A stretch of 64,000 nucleotides of DNA, from contig NC_043015.1 of assembly GCF_006345805.1 (NCBI RefSeq), forward strand, positions 4,402,001 through 4,466,000, in the 5' to 3' direction. Positions 40,965 to 53,858 of the stretch are shown here, piece by piece (the stretch's first letter is position 1; each line of letters starts with the position of its first letter). This stretch comes from Octopus sinensis (lineage: Eukaryota). The position numbers and the translations under genes are program-made. The notes below the pieces were generated by a model that had not been told where the DNA came from, did not search any database, and saw nothing but the letters and a program-made list of their open reading frames with translations.

Positions 40965-41479
40965 GAGTGAGAGAGCAGTGCATGCCATCAAAGTGACACT
41001 GGGGTAAAATATATGAAGCCCAGTATACCCATCATGACTACCCGTCTGATAAGGGTACACCAGGCACATGCATCACAACCATATGTGCGCGACATAGTGA
41101 TCTCATATCAAGATAAACAGCGCATGACCTTAAAGGTGGGGCCTAGTTAGAATTTTCTTCTGGTCGAGTAGCCCATCCCACACAAAAGGTCCCGGAATAA
41201 GGGTTGTTTAAGGATGTTGAACGAGCTACACATGTTTCCAGAGGTGAATTATCCAAACCTCTAAGAATTTCTTTCAACATACGGCTATGATGCTCCCCCA
41301 CTATCTCTGCTCGTGATCAACGATGTACATATCATCAGCCATTAAGGGACATGCTCAACTGGTTAAGGTCAAGCAACTGACAAGCAAATCTGTGGCACTG
41401 AGCAGAATATTTACTGTAGCCCATCTTTTATACTAAGACAAAACGATAACAATCAAATCAGATCAGAAGCCATGAGAGC
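40965..41479 (-). mobile_element. Non-coding retroposon-like repeat with an (AAT)n tail on the minus strand
   Basis: Second copy at 12762-13037; abuts (ATT)n at 40933-40964. Confidence 0.75.
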
Positions 41480-41480
41480 C

Positions 41481-41628
41481 ATATTATCACCATCATCATC
41501 ACCACCACCATCATCATCATCATCATCATTATTATTATTATCACCATTATTATTATTATTACTACTATTACTACTACTACTACTACTACTGCTACTACTA
41601 CTACTACAACTACTACTATTACTACTAC

Positions 41629-41712
<84 letters not shown>

Positions 41713-41722
41713 ATTATTATCA

Positions 41723-41774
<52 letters not shown>

Positions 41775-41775
41775 T
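41481..41775. repeat. Compound (CAT)/(TAC)/(TAT)n microsatellite
   Basis: Direct observation. Confidence 0.98.
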
Positions 41776-41819
41776 TATCTTACCGAGTTCGATTCCAGGC
41801 ATAATGATAATTACATCGA

Positions 41820-42006
41820 AAAAATACCTTAGGAATGATAACCCAGATTCGAAATTTCCCCCAAGACACCTCATGAAGGCTGGAGGGTATATCAGGCGAT
41901 ATGTTGCGTTAACAAAAACAAGATGCGGACGAATATCCGTCAACTATAAATAATGTAAATAATGTGTATAATGTGCATAATTTCCCATCTCTTAATACAG
42001 AACTGG
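41820..42006 (+). mobile_element. Copy of the 40724-40895 repeat with a mutated hammerhead (41865-41910)
   Basis: GACAC CTCATGA A GGCTG..CAGGC GATATGTT GCGTT. Confidence 0.85.
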
Positions 42007-42109
42007 ACGCTTGATTTGTTGTTGGTAATAAACGATTGTTAACTTCCAGATCTCCATTTTTTCTTCTTATATATTCACAGACTCTCTCACACACACACAC
42101 TCACACACA

Positions 42110-42155
<46 letters not shown>

Positions 42156-42162
42156 CACATAT

Positions 42163-42504
42163 AAATTATAGTCGATTTGGATATAATCATAATTGTTAAG
42201 TTCTATGTCTCTAGTTTGATAATAGAGTTTATTATAAGTAAAATTATATTATATATATATTATTTATATCTTAAAAATATTGTTTAAATATTTCTGATTA
42301 TATTTTAGATATTTAAATCACCTGAAGAATGACTGTAACTCGAAATTTTAAGAATTGGACAGCCATGAAACGATCGTAGTGTTATACTAATTAGCTTTTT
42401 TTAATAATTTTGATATATATTTAAAATAATATAAATTAATTAATCTTATGTATTGGCATAAGTTTTTCATTGTATGATTTGCCTAATAGTGATTTTATCT
42501 CTAA

Positions 42505-42511
<7 letters not shown>
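42163..42511 (+). mobile_element. Copy of the 32219-32572 repeat
   Basis: Reverse-complement similarity; ends in (TA)n. Confidence 0.9.
42319..42381 (+). ncRNA. Type-I hammerhead ribozyme motif
   Basis: CAC CUGAAGA AUGACUGU-(loop)-ACAGCCAU GAAAC GAUC GUA^ GUG: intact core, 7/8-bp stem II, palindromic ACGAUCGU stem III, short stem I. Confidence 0.7.
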
Positions 42512-42547
<36 letters not shown>

Positions 42548-43177
42548 TATATATATATATATATATAGATATATATATATATATATATAAATCTCCCTTC
42601 TCCTCACCGCTTTTGTTTTTTTCCCTCATCAATCCCCTTGTTTCTCCCACCCTCTGCTTCTGTTACCTACACGTGACTAAATACTTTTTCTATTGCCCAT
42701 TTCTATTCTGGATGAAACGTTAACCGATTCCGATGTCATTTTGCTCGGCTCCCGACATATATTCTTCTACAATTTTCTTCTGCTATTTTCTTTTCTTCTA
42801 TACTATTTCCTTGAAAAATATTTCTATTATAATATTTTCTTCTCTTCTATACTATTTCCTTGAAAAAATTTCTTCCAGGCCGAACGGCCTTTAATATATG
42901 TCTTCGTCGATTGTTTACTCTGTACGACCACTCGTTGTTATTTCGTCCTGAGTTCTAACTCACCAGGAATTTTATATTTCTTAAATGTCTGGATGGTGCT
43001 GTCTTACGAACTTCCCTATAGTGTCGCTACAATTATGAAACACGCGTAATAAACAGTCCGACAACTGATGAGGAGTTATCGTCTGTTAGTATTTTGTACT
43101 ATATTGTTCTCTCGTGTGTTTACGTGTTTTTCACTCCTTGGTGAAGTCCTCTACTCAACGTGTATTTTTCATTTTAT

Positions 43178-43229
<52 letters not shown>

Positions 43230-43299
43230 GAATGAATGTATGTATGCATTATGTATGTATGTGTAAGGAAATTATTGTTTACAATAAAATAATGAGATG

Positions 43300-44100
43300 C
43301 TATGCGTAAAAATATACCATGACGTAAAAAAATTTTAATTAATTATTAAGGGTACTACAGGTAGAACCGGCACGCTAAAAATAGCAGTCAGAGGTCAACT
43401 ACAGCCACAAATTTTCACTGATGCACATTACTTGAAGTCGAGGACTGAGCAGAATGTCTAATCCCCTGTACCAACAACGAAGAGATTCATAAGTTGAAAA
43501 GTCAGACATACGTTTATAGTCACGATTTCGAACTTTCTGGAGGTGGGACTTAGTTCTCCTCAGTATCTTTTGCTCATTCCCTCGACTTCAATAAATGTGC
43601 ATCAGTGGAAATTTGTGGTTGTAGTTGTCTTCTGACTGCTATTTTTAGCGTGCCGGTTTTTCGAGTGTGCTGTTTTGAGTGTGCTGTTACTACCTGTAGT
43701 CCCTCAATTAATAATTGATAATATTCTAATCCATAGTAATTTTCAACGCATGCTATGACACTTGATATTATTTTAAACAATAACATCGTTATATATATAT
43801 ATTTATAATTTATTATTCACTCCAACCAAGTTTTAAATTTATCGCAGCGTTGAAAACGGTTGTCATGCGCATTTGTCGCGATGAGCAAAATTATATGACA
43901 CTTGTGGGCAGTGAGACAAGTTGAAAAGTCCCACCTCCACAAAGTTCAAGATCGTGATAATATGGGTATTGCTAGGCTTTTCAATTTAGGATTCATCTGG
44001 TTTTGGTGCTGTGGATTAGAATTTTTCCTCATTTCCTCGACTTCAATTTATGTGTACCTGTGAAAATGTGTGGTTGTAGTTAGTACCAGCACACTAAATT
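43300..44100. repeat. Nested inverted-repeat complex
   Basis: 43335-43453 is inverted at 43570-43720; 43400-43552 is inverted again (more diverged) at 43927-44082. Confidence 0.85.
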
Positions 44101-44125
44101 TAGCAGTCGCAAGATCTCTACAACC

Positions 44126-44171
<46 letters not shown>

Positions 44172-44353
44172 ATAGAGGAGAGAGAGAGAGATGTCTGTAG
44201 ATATATATATAAACACACCCACACACATATACATACACACACATACACTTATGTATATGCGCGTGCATGATTGAGAGGCTGGTTTCATCACTATTTTCAG
44301 CTACCAAATTCGCTGACTTGGCATTGGTCGGTCCATGTGTACTTAGGAGAGAT

Positions 44354-44743
44354 GAGGAGGCGCAATGGCCCAGTGGTTAGGGCAGCGGACTCGCGGTCGT
44401 AGGATCGCGGTTTCGATTCCCAGACCGGGCGTTGTGAGTGTTTATTGAGCGAACACACCTAAAACTCCACGAGGCTCCGGCAGGGATGGTGGTGATCCCT
44501 GCTGTACTCTTTCACCACAACTTTCTCTCACTCTTACTTCCTGTTTCTGTTGTTCCTGTATTTCAAAGGGCCGGCCTTGTCACTCTCTGTGTCACGCTGA
44601 ATATCCCCGAGAACTACGTTAAGTGTACACGTGTATGTGGAGTGCTCAGCCACTTATACGTTAATTTCACGAGCAGGCTGTTCCGTTGATCGGATCAACC
44701 TGAACCCTCATCGTCGCAACCGAAGGAGTGCTTCCAAAAAAAA
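44354..44743 (+). mobile_element. Full-length tRNA-derived SINE (head A + tail X), A-tail, 13-bp TSD, nested in an old family-K SINE (44270-44830, minus)
   Basis: A box TGGCCCAGTGG, B box GTTTCGATTCC; TSD ACTTAGGAGAGAT at 44341-44353 and 44744-44756. Confidence 0.93.
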
Positions 44744-45499
44744 ACTTAGGAGAGATATTTGTGCAATGTGTCATGACAGAGGTCTGAAACTACAACCACG
44801 TGATTTCAAAGACACCGTCTCAACATCATGATGCACTAAGAAATGAAATTATTATTCTCTTGTATTTCTATATAATCTACGGCAGCGCTGTTGTTAAGCT
44901 AGTTGCAAACTTTTTGCCAATTACATGTTTCGCCGCCTAATTTACATATATTAAGGTTTTCCCAGTGCGTCACACCACGGGAATAAATTTTATTTTTATA
45001 TTTTAATCACTATTGTAAAAATGTTTTTGTCTGTCTCTATTGTTGGCATTCTTCCTCTTTTCGCAAGATTTTCACAATACCTAATTCAATGTTAGATTTT
45101 GTTTTAAAAAAATCATTAGTTTTCTCCATGTAGAATATTGCCTTTTTGATGTATAATTAAATTAGCTTTCTTTATTTGTTTCCTTTCTAATATGTGGTAA
45201 TTAATTAAGTTTCACCATGGGTTTTGTCTAAATTGTTAGTGGAAGCCATATTTACATTTAATGAAAACATACAAAAATTGTGATCGAATTGTTTGAAAAT
45301 GTTAAAATGTTTTTACTCCCCAAACGGAAAGTGTATTCAATAACACTCCCAAAGTATTCGCAGTAGTAAATAGATGTGAGTAAATGTTTTCATCTATATT
45401 TCTGCTTTTCGGGAGAACGAAAATAACGAGCAAAAGTTATATAGTATTTACAGGTTAAAATAATAATTATAATGCCAAAAACAACAACACCGATTGAAA

Positions 45500-45632
45500 T
45501 GGCTTCAAAATTTGGCACACAGCCGCCGAATATAACGGAGGGGTAAAACGATATTGCATCGACGTAGTATCCACCTTTCATCTATTTTATCGACCCCGAA
45601 AGGGTGAAAGAAGAATTTGAACACAGAACGTA
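45500..45632 (-). mobile_element. Family-M SINE fragment
   Basis: TTTATCGACCCCGAAAGGGTGAAAG..AATTTGAACACAGAACGTA. Confidence 0.7.
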
Positions 45633-46261
45633 CGGGCTGTTGTTCGAATAATAATGATAAAAATAACAATAACAAGTAAATAGATAATAGTGAATTTAAC
45701 AAAACTATCGATCGTAATAATGTTAACGATATATAGGACATTCTATTCCAAGCAGATGTTAAGAGTCTACATGCGAAGAGGAGCAAAGTAGAACGAGGGT
45801 CAATAAGTGTTGATGATCATGTGATTATAGAGGTTGCCAAACTGAAAATCATATCGATGAAAGCAATGAAAACTTAATTAAGTCGGTAAAAAAAGAAAAT
45901 GTTAACCTTGATGATGGGAAGTGCAATTAATTTGTACAACATAAAAAGGAAATGCCTTATCGCACAGAATATTTGAATAGTAAATTATTTATATCTAAGG
46001 ATGAGGTTCGAGTAGATAAAACGCAGAACTGGAAGAAGAATTAGATGAAAAGGGGCCTGCAGAAAGAGACTGAAGGAAAGATTATATCTGCACACCAGTT
46101 AACACTGTGAATGATAAATAAAAAATGTAAAAAAAATTACGGAAAATGCGTTGCGGCTAAAATGACGACGATTATAATATCTCAGAATATTCTAAGTGCA
46201 TGATAATCGTAATATCATCTAAAATGAATGGAAGAAATAAAATGAAGACAAGGAATATATG

Positions 46262-46478
46262 TTTGTTCCTTCTCGAGCATGCCTGGCTCATAAGGGTCGG
46301 TTACCCGGTTTCCTTAGCGTATAGGTTCCCCACCTGGACGGGACGCCGGTCCGTCGCAGGTGAGCTGCAAGATGCAGCAGGAAAGAGTGAGAGGAAGTTG
46401 TGGCGAAAGAGTCAGCAGAAGTTCGCAATTACCTTCTGCCGGAGCCACGTTGAGCTTAGATGTTTCACTCATAAACAC
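46262..46478 (-). mobile_element. SINE (tail Y family), 5'-truncated
   Basis: Colinear with 3962-4160. Confidence 0.85.
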
Positions 46479-46784
46479 ACCACTAGGCCATGTGCCTCCA
46501 CAAGGAATATACGGGCTGTGTCTCTCATGCATTAGAGTTTAGGAATTCTCAAATGTAAGAAATATGAATTAGAGAATATCGCAGGAAATTAAGAAATTGG
46601 TAATAGTGCTTATAGTCAGCAAAAATAAAACAGAATGATGCTGCAAAATTAGTATAACTTAGTATAGTTAGTATAAACAGTATAAATCTGGTAGTCACAG
46701 CTCCAATTGCATCAGAAACAAATGTCATTCTGACCAGACTAAATGAGATAATATATGCAGTGGCAAGTTTGACCACAAACGAAA

Positions 46785-47380
46785 ATTCCAAGGAGACCCG
46801 CTCTCTCTGCTTCTTATTTGTTTGGCACTGACACCTTTAACGGATATGCTACACAGAACTGGATGTGGATACAACTGCTACGGTAAAGCAATCAACCATG
46901 CCTTGTATATGTATGATCTAAGTCAATACGATGCAAATAACAAATTGGAAACATAACTACAGTCAATGCATGGATCTACCAAATGAAATAAACATGAAAT
47001 TGATCTTAGAAATATGTGCCAAACTAGACTTGGAAAAAGGAAAATTATTTAAGAGGAAAAATATGGCACTAGATGAAAAAAAGAAAGGAAGAAATGAACG
47101 AGAGCAAACAAAGGAATATATGTACTTAGGAATTAATGAACTCGGTACGATAAAACACAGACAAGTGAAAGAGAAGGTAACGAATGATTTCTGCAGTCGT
47201 GTTAGATTAATACTTAAACAGAGCTCAATGCAAAAAAAACAAAAAACACAAGATACTGAGTAACAATATTCGAGCTTACTCAGTTATAACTTACAGTTTC
47301 AATAATCTTAATTTGACATTAAATGAACCAACACAACTAGACAAGAAAACATGAAAAATAATGACAGAATTTAGAAACAA
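46785..47380 (+). pseudogene. Dong/R4 LINE reverse transcriptase fragment
   Basis: QGDPLSLLLICLALTPLT.ML, INHALYMYDL (YMDD), LEICAK, YMYLGI.E, VKEKV...RVRLILK. Confidence 0.88.
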
Positions 47381-47869
47381 CCTCACATAATGATGAGTAG
47401 CCGACAACCCTGGGGGATTGGATGAAAGGACTAGACGAAATCTTATAAAGAGTAGTGGTAAGGGAGGGTGTTTAGGCAGTCTTGCGAGTTGTTGTATTTG
47501 AGTTGCATTTGAGTTCGCTCCATATGAGTTCTGTTGTATTGCATTGTTAATTTGCTAAATTGTTGAAACCGTTATTAACTGGAATTGCAGGAATTGTTGT
47601 TGTTAACAGGCTTTTATTTTTCTTCCCCATATGTGGGTGAAGTTATGAAAAAATACTGTCGTAGAAAGTAAACCAACGGGATGTTACGCTGCGGTGACCG
47701 GTAAAGGCCTGGCAGTTGATGTATTGTAAGTCTATGAAATAGAATTTAAAGAGAATTATAAAAAAAAATATATAACGGTTCCCTGAAGAAGGAGTGGGGA
47801 GATCCTAATGTTTACGCTTCATGAAGAAATGCTTTAAAAAACGGGAAAAAAAGAGCAATCGTTTACAGA

Positions 47870-48295
47870 CAGTTGAATGTGACAACAACAAAAAAGTGAA
47901 AGTAGCAGCGGAGGAAGAGATAGAAGAATGTCTACGAGAGATACAGGAGAGTACGACATTTTACATGAGGGGAAAAATACGGCACAGTGGAAGTACGCTT
48001 CATAAGTGAAGAGGAAGCGAGGAAACACTCCACAGTGTCTCTGATGTCAGCCGAGTGGGCCCTTCTACCTACTTGCTTTGGCAAACGTGCGGCCAGAGTA
48101 AGGATGGGTAGAGTCCCCCTCAAAAAAAAAATCGATGAGGCGTGGCTGCTGTAAAAATCTGCATTACTCGGAACTGCACGCATATTGTTTAAAGTACTGT
48201 TCGGGTTTCCTGTGCCTTGACAAACAATTGAAACTCCCGATAGACACAATATTTTCAAACAAAATCATCGTGATATCGGTTACTGTGCGGCGTTT
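47870..48295 (+). mobile_element. Dong/R4 LINE extreme 3' end, followed by (ACT)n(AAT)n at 48298-48422
   Basis: L*KSALLGTARILFKVL (cf. LQKxALLGTARILRKVL) at ~48148-48200. Confidence 0.7.
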
Positions 48296-48343
48296 TAACT
48301 ACTACTACTGAGGCTACTACTACTACTACTACTACTACTACTA

Positions 48344-48422
<79 letters not shown>

Positions 48423-48570
48423 CGGTCTTTTAATTCCTTTTACTAAAACCATTTAAAATCTGTGATAGTTAATTCCGATGGTAATGGAGGAGAATTTGTA
48501 TAAGTGAGAGACACAAGAGACACAAAGACACATGTAATTAGACAGAAGGACACATATACTTGCATGCTAT

Positions 48571-48615
<45 letters not shown>

Positions 48616-49511
48616 TATATATAAGTGCATGAATTATCAATTTATGTGCGTGTGTGTAAGTGTGCTGTGGGTGTGTTTGTATCTGCGTCTGTGTGTGGGT
48701 GCGTGTAGAAAAGTATTTCTCGAATAATGTCTGAAAGGATTTTGTATAGAAACCAAGTTATATATTCTAGAAATAATCCAAAACTACTTCTTTCTGAATA
48801 TGATTTCCGAAAAAAGAAATATATATGTATAATCGTAATCTTAATATGCGTAAGTATATGTGTGTGCATTCGTGTACTGGTGAGTGTATTTCATATTCTC
48901 GTATCTCTGCATAAGTTTGTGTATCTATATGTATCTATGTATCTGTTTTCAATGTTTGATACCTCTCGTGTATTCTTTCATTCCTTTACATCATATAGAA
49001 TAGATTGGAATGAAGGATTTTACTGCTTCTCTTTTATGTCCTTACTTTGGATATAATTATCTTATAAGAGAAAGATATATTTACAAACCGGTATATAAAG
49101 TGAATACGAGCCAAAATTTTTATTGCTATTCTCACTTACTCTCATTCTGTTTTGCACACTCTCATATTTTTTCGCTTAACTTGTATATCACTACACGTTA
49201 CTCTTCTTCTTTTATTCTCTTTTCTTCACTTTTATGTATATCTCGCTATATTACGTTTCTTTTCGTTCGTTCTTAATATATCTGTCTGTTACATTATCGC
49301 TATATATTTCTTTCATATATTTCTAAATACACTTTATTCTCGTTATCGTACTTTACACTATTTTTCATCACTATATTACTATTTACTGCAGATATTCGTT
49401 CTTGAATCTCATCAAGTGACATTATCTCAATCTTTGCCTCTTTATTTCTTTTATTTATCACGCCATTTGTATCGAGCCATGTATACATACATCCGTATAT
49501 ATATACGTATG

Positions 49512-49543
<32 letters not shown>

Positions 49544-50734
49544 TATATATAATATATTATATACATACATATATACATATATATATATACATATGTATAT
49601 ATATATGTATATATATAGGTATATATGTATGTATATATATATTCATTTATATATTCATGTGTATATGTACACAGATAGAGACAAACATAAATCTATATAC
49701 ATATATTATTATGCTTAAATATATATGTGTGAGTGTGTTTGAATTTCTGTATGGGCGCGTGTGCCTGCATGTATATATATATGTGTGTGTATGTGTGTGT
49801 GTGTGTGTGCGTATAAACACTGACACGAACACGCAGACAAGTTTGTCCGTATGTCTGTGCTTGAATACAACCATTTTTATCTCTCATAAATTTACGTCGC
49901 ACCATATACAACAGAAGTGCACATAGTTTTAAAGGATTATGTATACACATTACTAGTGGAAACATGCCTATGTATGAGTTGTGTTCGTTGTCTGACTGTT
50001 TGATCCTTGAAGCACAAAAATGTTATTTCATACGGCAAAAGCCATATTGCACAAAGTCTTCTCTCACCAGCCATTATCGCACAGATACACATCATACAAA
50101 CATGCGTAGATATAAACACACACACACACACGAACGTGTACACCCATTTACACACTTCTATATATAACTACAAACATGCATTTGTACATATAACTACATG
50201 TATATATATATATACATACATATAAAGAGAGAGAGAGAGAGAAGGAAGAATAAATAGACAGGGAATGGAAACAGAGAGGAATTATTTGACTGTGTGTGTT
50301 GTTATATTTTCAGATGATCATATGTGCATCTTTATGTCTACCATGATTTTTAGTTGGTCTGTTCTCAGTAATCCCTGATTCCCCGACCACATTAATAAAC
50401 CACTGCTGACAAACTTACCAGCGGTCGTAATATTTTACGACATAAACAGGCGTTATATCTGTTGTTAGATAATTGCATCCATGCATATCTATGTATATAA
50501 AACATGTATGTATATATAATATACATATATTTGTATATGCATATGTGTGTTTGTGTAGGAATATATGTGTATATATGTAAGTATATTTGTAGGCATATAT
50601 TTAAGTGTTCATATACTTATATTGTGTATCATAAGCATTTATATTTATTATATATACTAATACGTATACGAGATGTATAAATGCATACACACACAAACAT
50701 TACACACACATAATTTCACACAAACACGGATAGA

Positions 50735-50809
<75 letters not shown>

Positions 50810-51356
50810 GCTTGTTGAATACATTGTGCAGTGTTATTGTGGCTTCAGGCAATATACCTTTTTAAACTTTGGGGGGGGGGGACTTAGTTTTACGATACAA
50901 TATAGCGGTCAGTCGAAGTTTTCTTCCTATCATTTCGAAAAAAATATGCGGAATATATATTTTATGCACATTGACTTTATAGTATTAAAGCCGTTGTGGG
51001 AGACATATTTTATCTCGTTTCCATGTGTTTGTGTCTCAGGTTACATTGTGTGGTTCACTCAAATAGCAAGCGATAGTAAAACTAGCAAATTTATTTTTTG
51101 TTTTTTATTAATAATTCCCAATTGTTTCTTTTGATATATCTGCAAAAGGTCTATTTTCTTATCAAATGTTACTTGGTATTCTAGATTCTTGTTTTCTATT
51201 TGTTTTATATTTCCAATTTATTTTGATATGTATATTTAAATATTGAGAACCGAAAATGTTGTTAGTCAAAAACACATCACAACCTCATACGATGCAAGTA
51301 ACATGATAATATACTTCATCCTAGAGGACTTTTGCTAAAGTTTTACTAATACTTAC

Positions 51357-52842
51357 CCGATGGCTTCTCCACTGCATTTTCTGTCATCAGTGAATCACAT
51401 GTGTTTTGATGCTTTCATTGTTAAGCAGATCCTGTAGTTCATTGACTATGAATCTACATATCAGAAGGTGAGGGCGCGTGGCTTAGTGGTTAGGGCATTC
51501 GGCTCATGATCGTAAGGTGTGAGTTCGATTCCGGCGACGCGCTGTGTCCTTGAGCAAGACACTTTATTTCACGTTGCTCCAGTCCACTCAGCTGGCAAAA
51601 ATGAGTTGTACTTGTATTTCAAAGGGTCAGCCTTGTCACTCTCAGTGTCACGCTGATTATCCCCGAGAACTACGTTAAGGGTACACGTGTCTGTGGAATG
51701 CTCAGCCATTTGCACGTTAATTTCACGAGCAGGCTGTTCCGTTGATCGTATCAGCTGGGACCCTCGTCGTCGTAACCGGCGGAGTCTTTTTACATATCAG
51801 AGGATATGTTCTCTTCAACTCAAGCATTCTATCGAGAAAAATACAAGCCGATGGCTTCTCCACTGCATTTTCTGTCATCAGTGAATCACATGTGTTTTGA
51901 TGCTTTCATTGTTAAGCAGATCCTGTAGTTCATTGACTATGAATCTACATATCAGAAGGTGAGGGCGCGTGGCTTAGTGGTTAGGGCATTCGGCTCATGA
52001 TCGTAAGGTTGTGAGTTCGATTCCCGGCGACGCGCTGTGTCCTTGAGCAAGACACTTTATTTCACGTTGCTCCAGTCCACTCAGCTGGCAAAAATGAGTT
52101 GTACTTGTATTTCAAAGGGTCAGCCTTGTCACTCTCAGTGTCACGCTGATTATCCCCGAGAACTACGTTAAGGGTACACGTGTCTGTGGAATGCTCAGCC
52201 ATTTGCACGTTAATTTCACGAGCAGGCTGTTCCGTTGATCGTATCAGCTGGGACCCTCGTCGTCGTAACCGGCGGAGTCTTTTTACATATCAGAGGATAT
52301 GTTCTCTTCAACTCAAGCATTCTATCGAGAAAAATACAAGCCGATGGCTTCTCCACTGCATTTTCTGTCATCAGTGAATCACATGTGTTTTGATGCTTTC
52401 ATGCTTTCATTGTTAAGCAGATCCTGTAGTTCATTGACTATGAATCTACATATCAGAAGGTGAGGGCGCGTGGCTTAGTGGTTAGGGCATTCGGCTCATG
52501 ATCGTAAGGTTGTGAGTTCGATTCCGGCGACGCGCTGTGTCCTTGAGCAAGACACTTTATTTCACGTTGCTCCAGTCCACTCAGCTGGCAAAAATGAGTT
52601 GTACTTGTATTTCAAAGGGTCAGCCTTGTCACTCTCAGTGTCACGCTGATTATCCCCGAGAACTACGTTAAGGGTACACGTGTCTGTGGAATGCTCAGCC
52701 ATTTGCACGTTAATTTCACGAGCAGGCTGTTCCGTTGATCGTATCAGCTGGGACCCTCGTCGTCGTAACCGGCGGAGTCTTTTTACATATCAGAGGATAT
52801 GTTCTCTTCAACTCAAGCATTCTATCGAGAAAAATACAAGCC
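51357..52842 (+). repeat. Tandem triplication of a ~493-bp unit (starts 51357, 51848, 52341)
   Basis: Units of 491, 493 and 500 bp; the only visible differences are 1-bp homopolymer indels and one 8-bp duplication (ATGCTTTC). Confidence 0.97.
51466..51790 (+). mobile_element. tRNA-derived CORE-like SINE (head B + tail X), 11-bp TSD; repeated at ~51957-52283 and ~52458-52783
   Basis: A box TGGCTTAGTGG, B box GTTCGATTCC, CORE-like TGTGTCCTTGAGCAAGACACTT; TSD TACATATCAGA at 51455-51465 and 51791-51801. Confidence 0.9.
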
Positions 52843-53345
52843 TATATAATTCTAAGTTTCCATAGTTTCTGAACGAGGGTGGCTACATTTTCGAGTGTGC
52901 ATACTCAACACTTCTTTGTATTTTATCATATAATTCTGTCAGATGAAACCTTTCTGTTGTTTGTAAATATACTATGAGACGGTCAGTTATAACAACACAA
53001 GATTTAATTTCTAAAACACACAAACAATCATACACACACTGATATTTGCATAAACGCTTAGTCACACAAGTACGTTCATATGCGAAATAACATATAGCTG
53101 CGCTTTCACATGCTGGAATCTGTTGAAATGGCACTATTATATTTCTGAATAAAATCAATGATGTAAAATTTATGGTTGATAAACAATATTCCCTTACCTA
53201 AACTCACTGAATTAGAATTCTGCAATAAAATATTTGTTTAGATGTGTAATAGGTATTTCGTTACATGCACATATACCTATAACTAAACCCCTACCTACCC
53301 ATACACATACACAGACACCCCAATACATATGTACATATATACAAT

Positions 53346-53409
53346 TTTACTGTTTTACTTGTTTCAGTCATTTGACTGTGACCATGCTGGAACACCGCGT
53401 ATGTACATG

Positions 53410-53463
<54 letters not shown>

Positions 53464-53664
53464 TCTTTACTCTTTTATTTGTTTCAGTCATTTGACTGCG
53501 GCCATGCTGGAGCACCACCTTTAATCGGGCAACTCGACCCCAGTACTTATTCTATAGGTCTCTTTTGCCGAACCACTAAGTAACGGGGACATAAACACAC
53601 CAACATCGGTTGTCAAGCAATGCTAGGGGTACAAAACACGACACACAAAGACACACACGCATAT

Positions 53665-53712
<48 letters not shown>

Positions 53713-53858
53713 GACGGGCTACCAAATCCACTCACAAGGCATTGGTCGGCTCGAGGCTATAGTAGAAGACACTTGTCCAGGGTGACACGCAGTGGGACTG
53801 GACCCGGAACCATGTGGTTGGTAAGCAAGCTACTTACCACACAGCCACTCCTGCGCCT
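53346..53858 (-). mobile_element. SINE family K, full-length (53461-53858), plus a duplicated 3' end (53346-53397)
   Basis: Reverse complement of 55203-55595. Confidence 0.92.

Noticed and set aside
43035-43080. GAAAC...GTC...CTGATGAG, a permuted hammerhead candidate (similar CTGATGAA at ~21778)
   Set aside because: Stems I and II cannot be formed convincingly
44356-44432. tRNA gene candidates (also the 51468-51540 heads with a CAT anticodon-like loop)
   Set aside because: No acceptor-stem pairing. They continue into SINE bodies with TSDs, so they are SINE heads.
50420-50459. Minus-strand 40-nt exon candidate (CTAACAACAG...CTG|GTAAGT)
   Set aside because: No polypyrimidine tract and no supporting neighbouring exons; left uncalled
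51687-52865. Three repeated 61-65-aa ORFs suggesting a tandem gene family or CRISPR-like array
   Set aside because: They are SINE tail translations within identical tandem units, with no variable spacers and a eukaryotic context.
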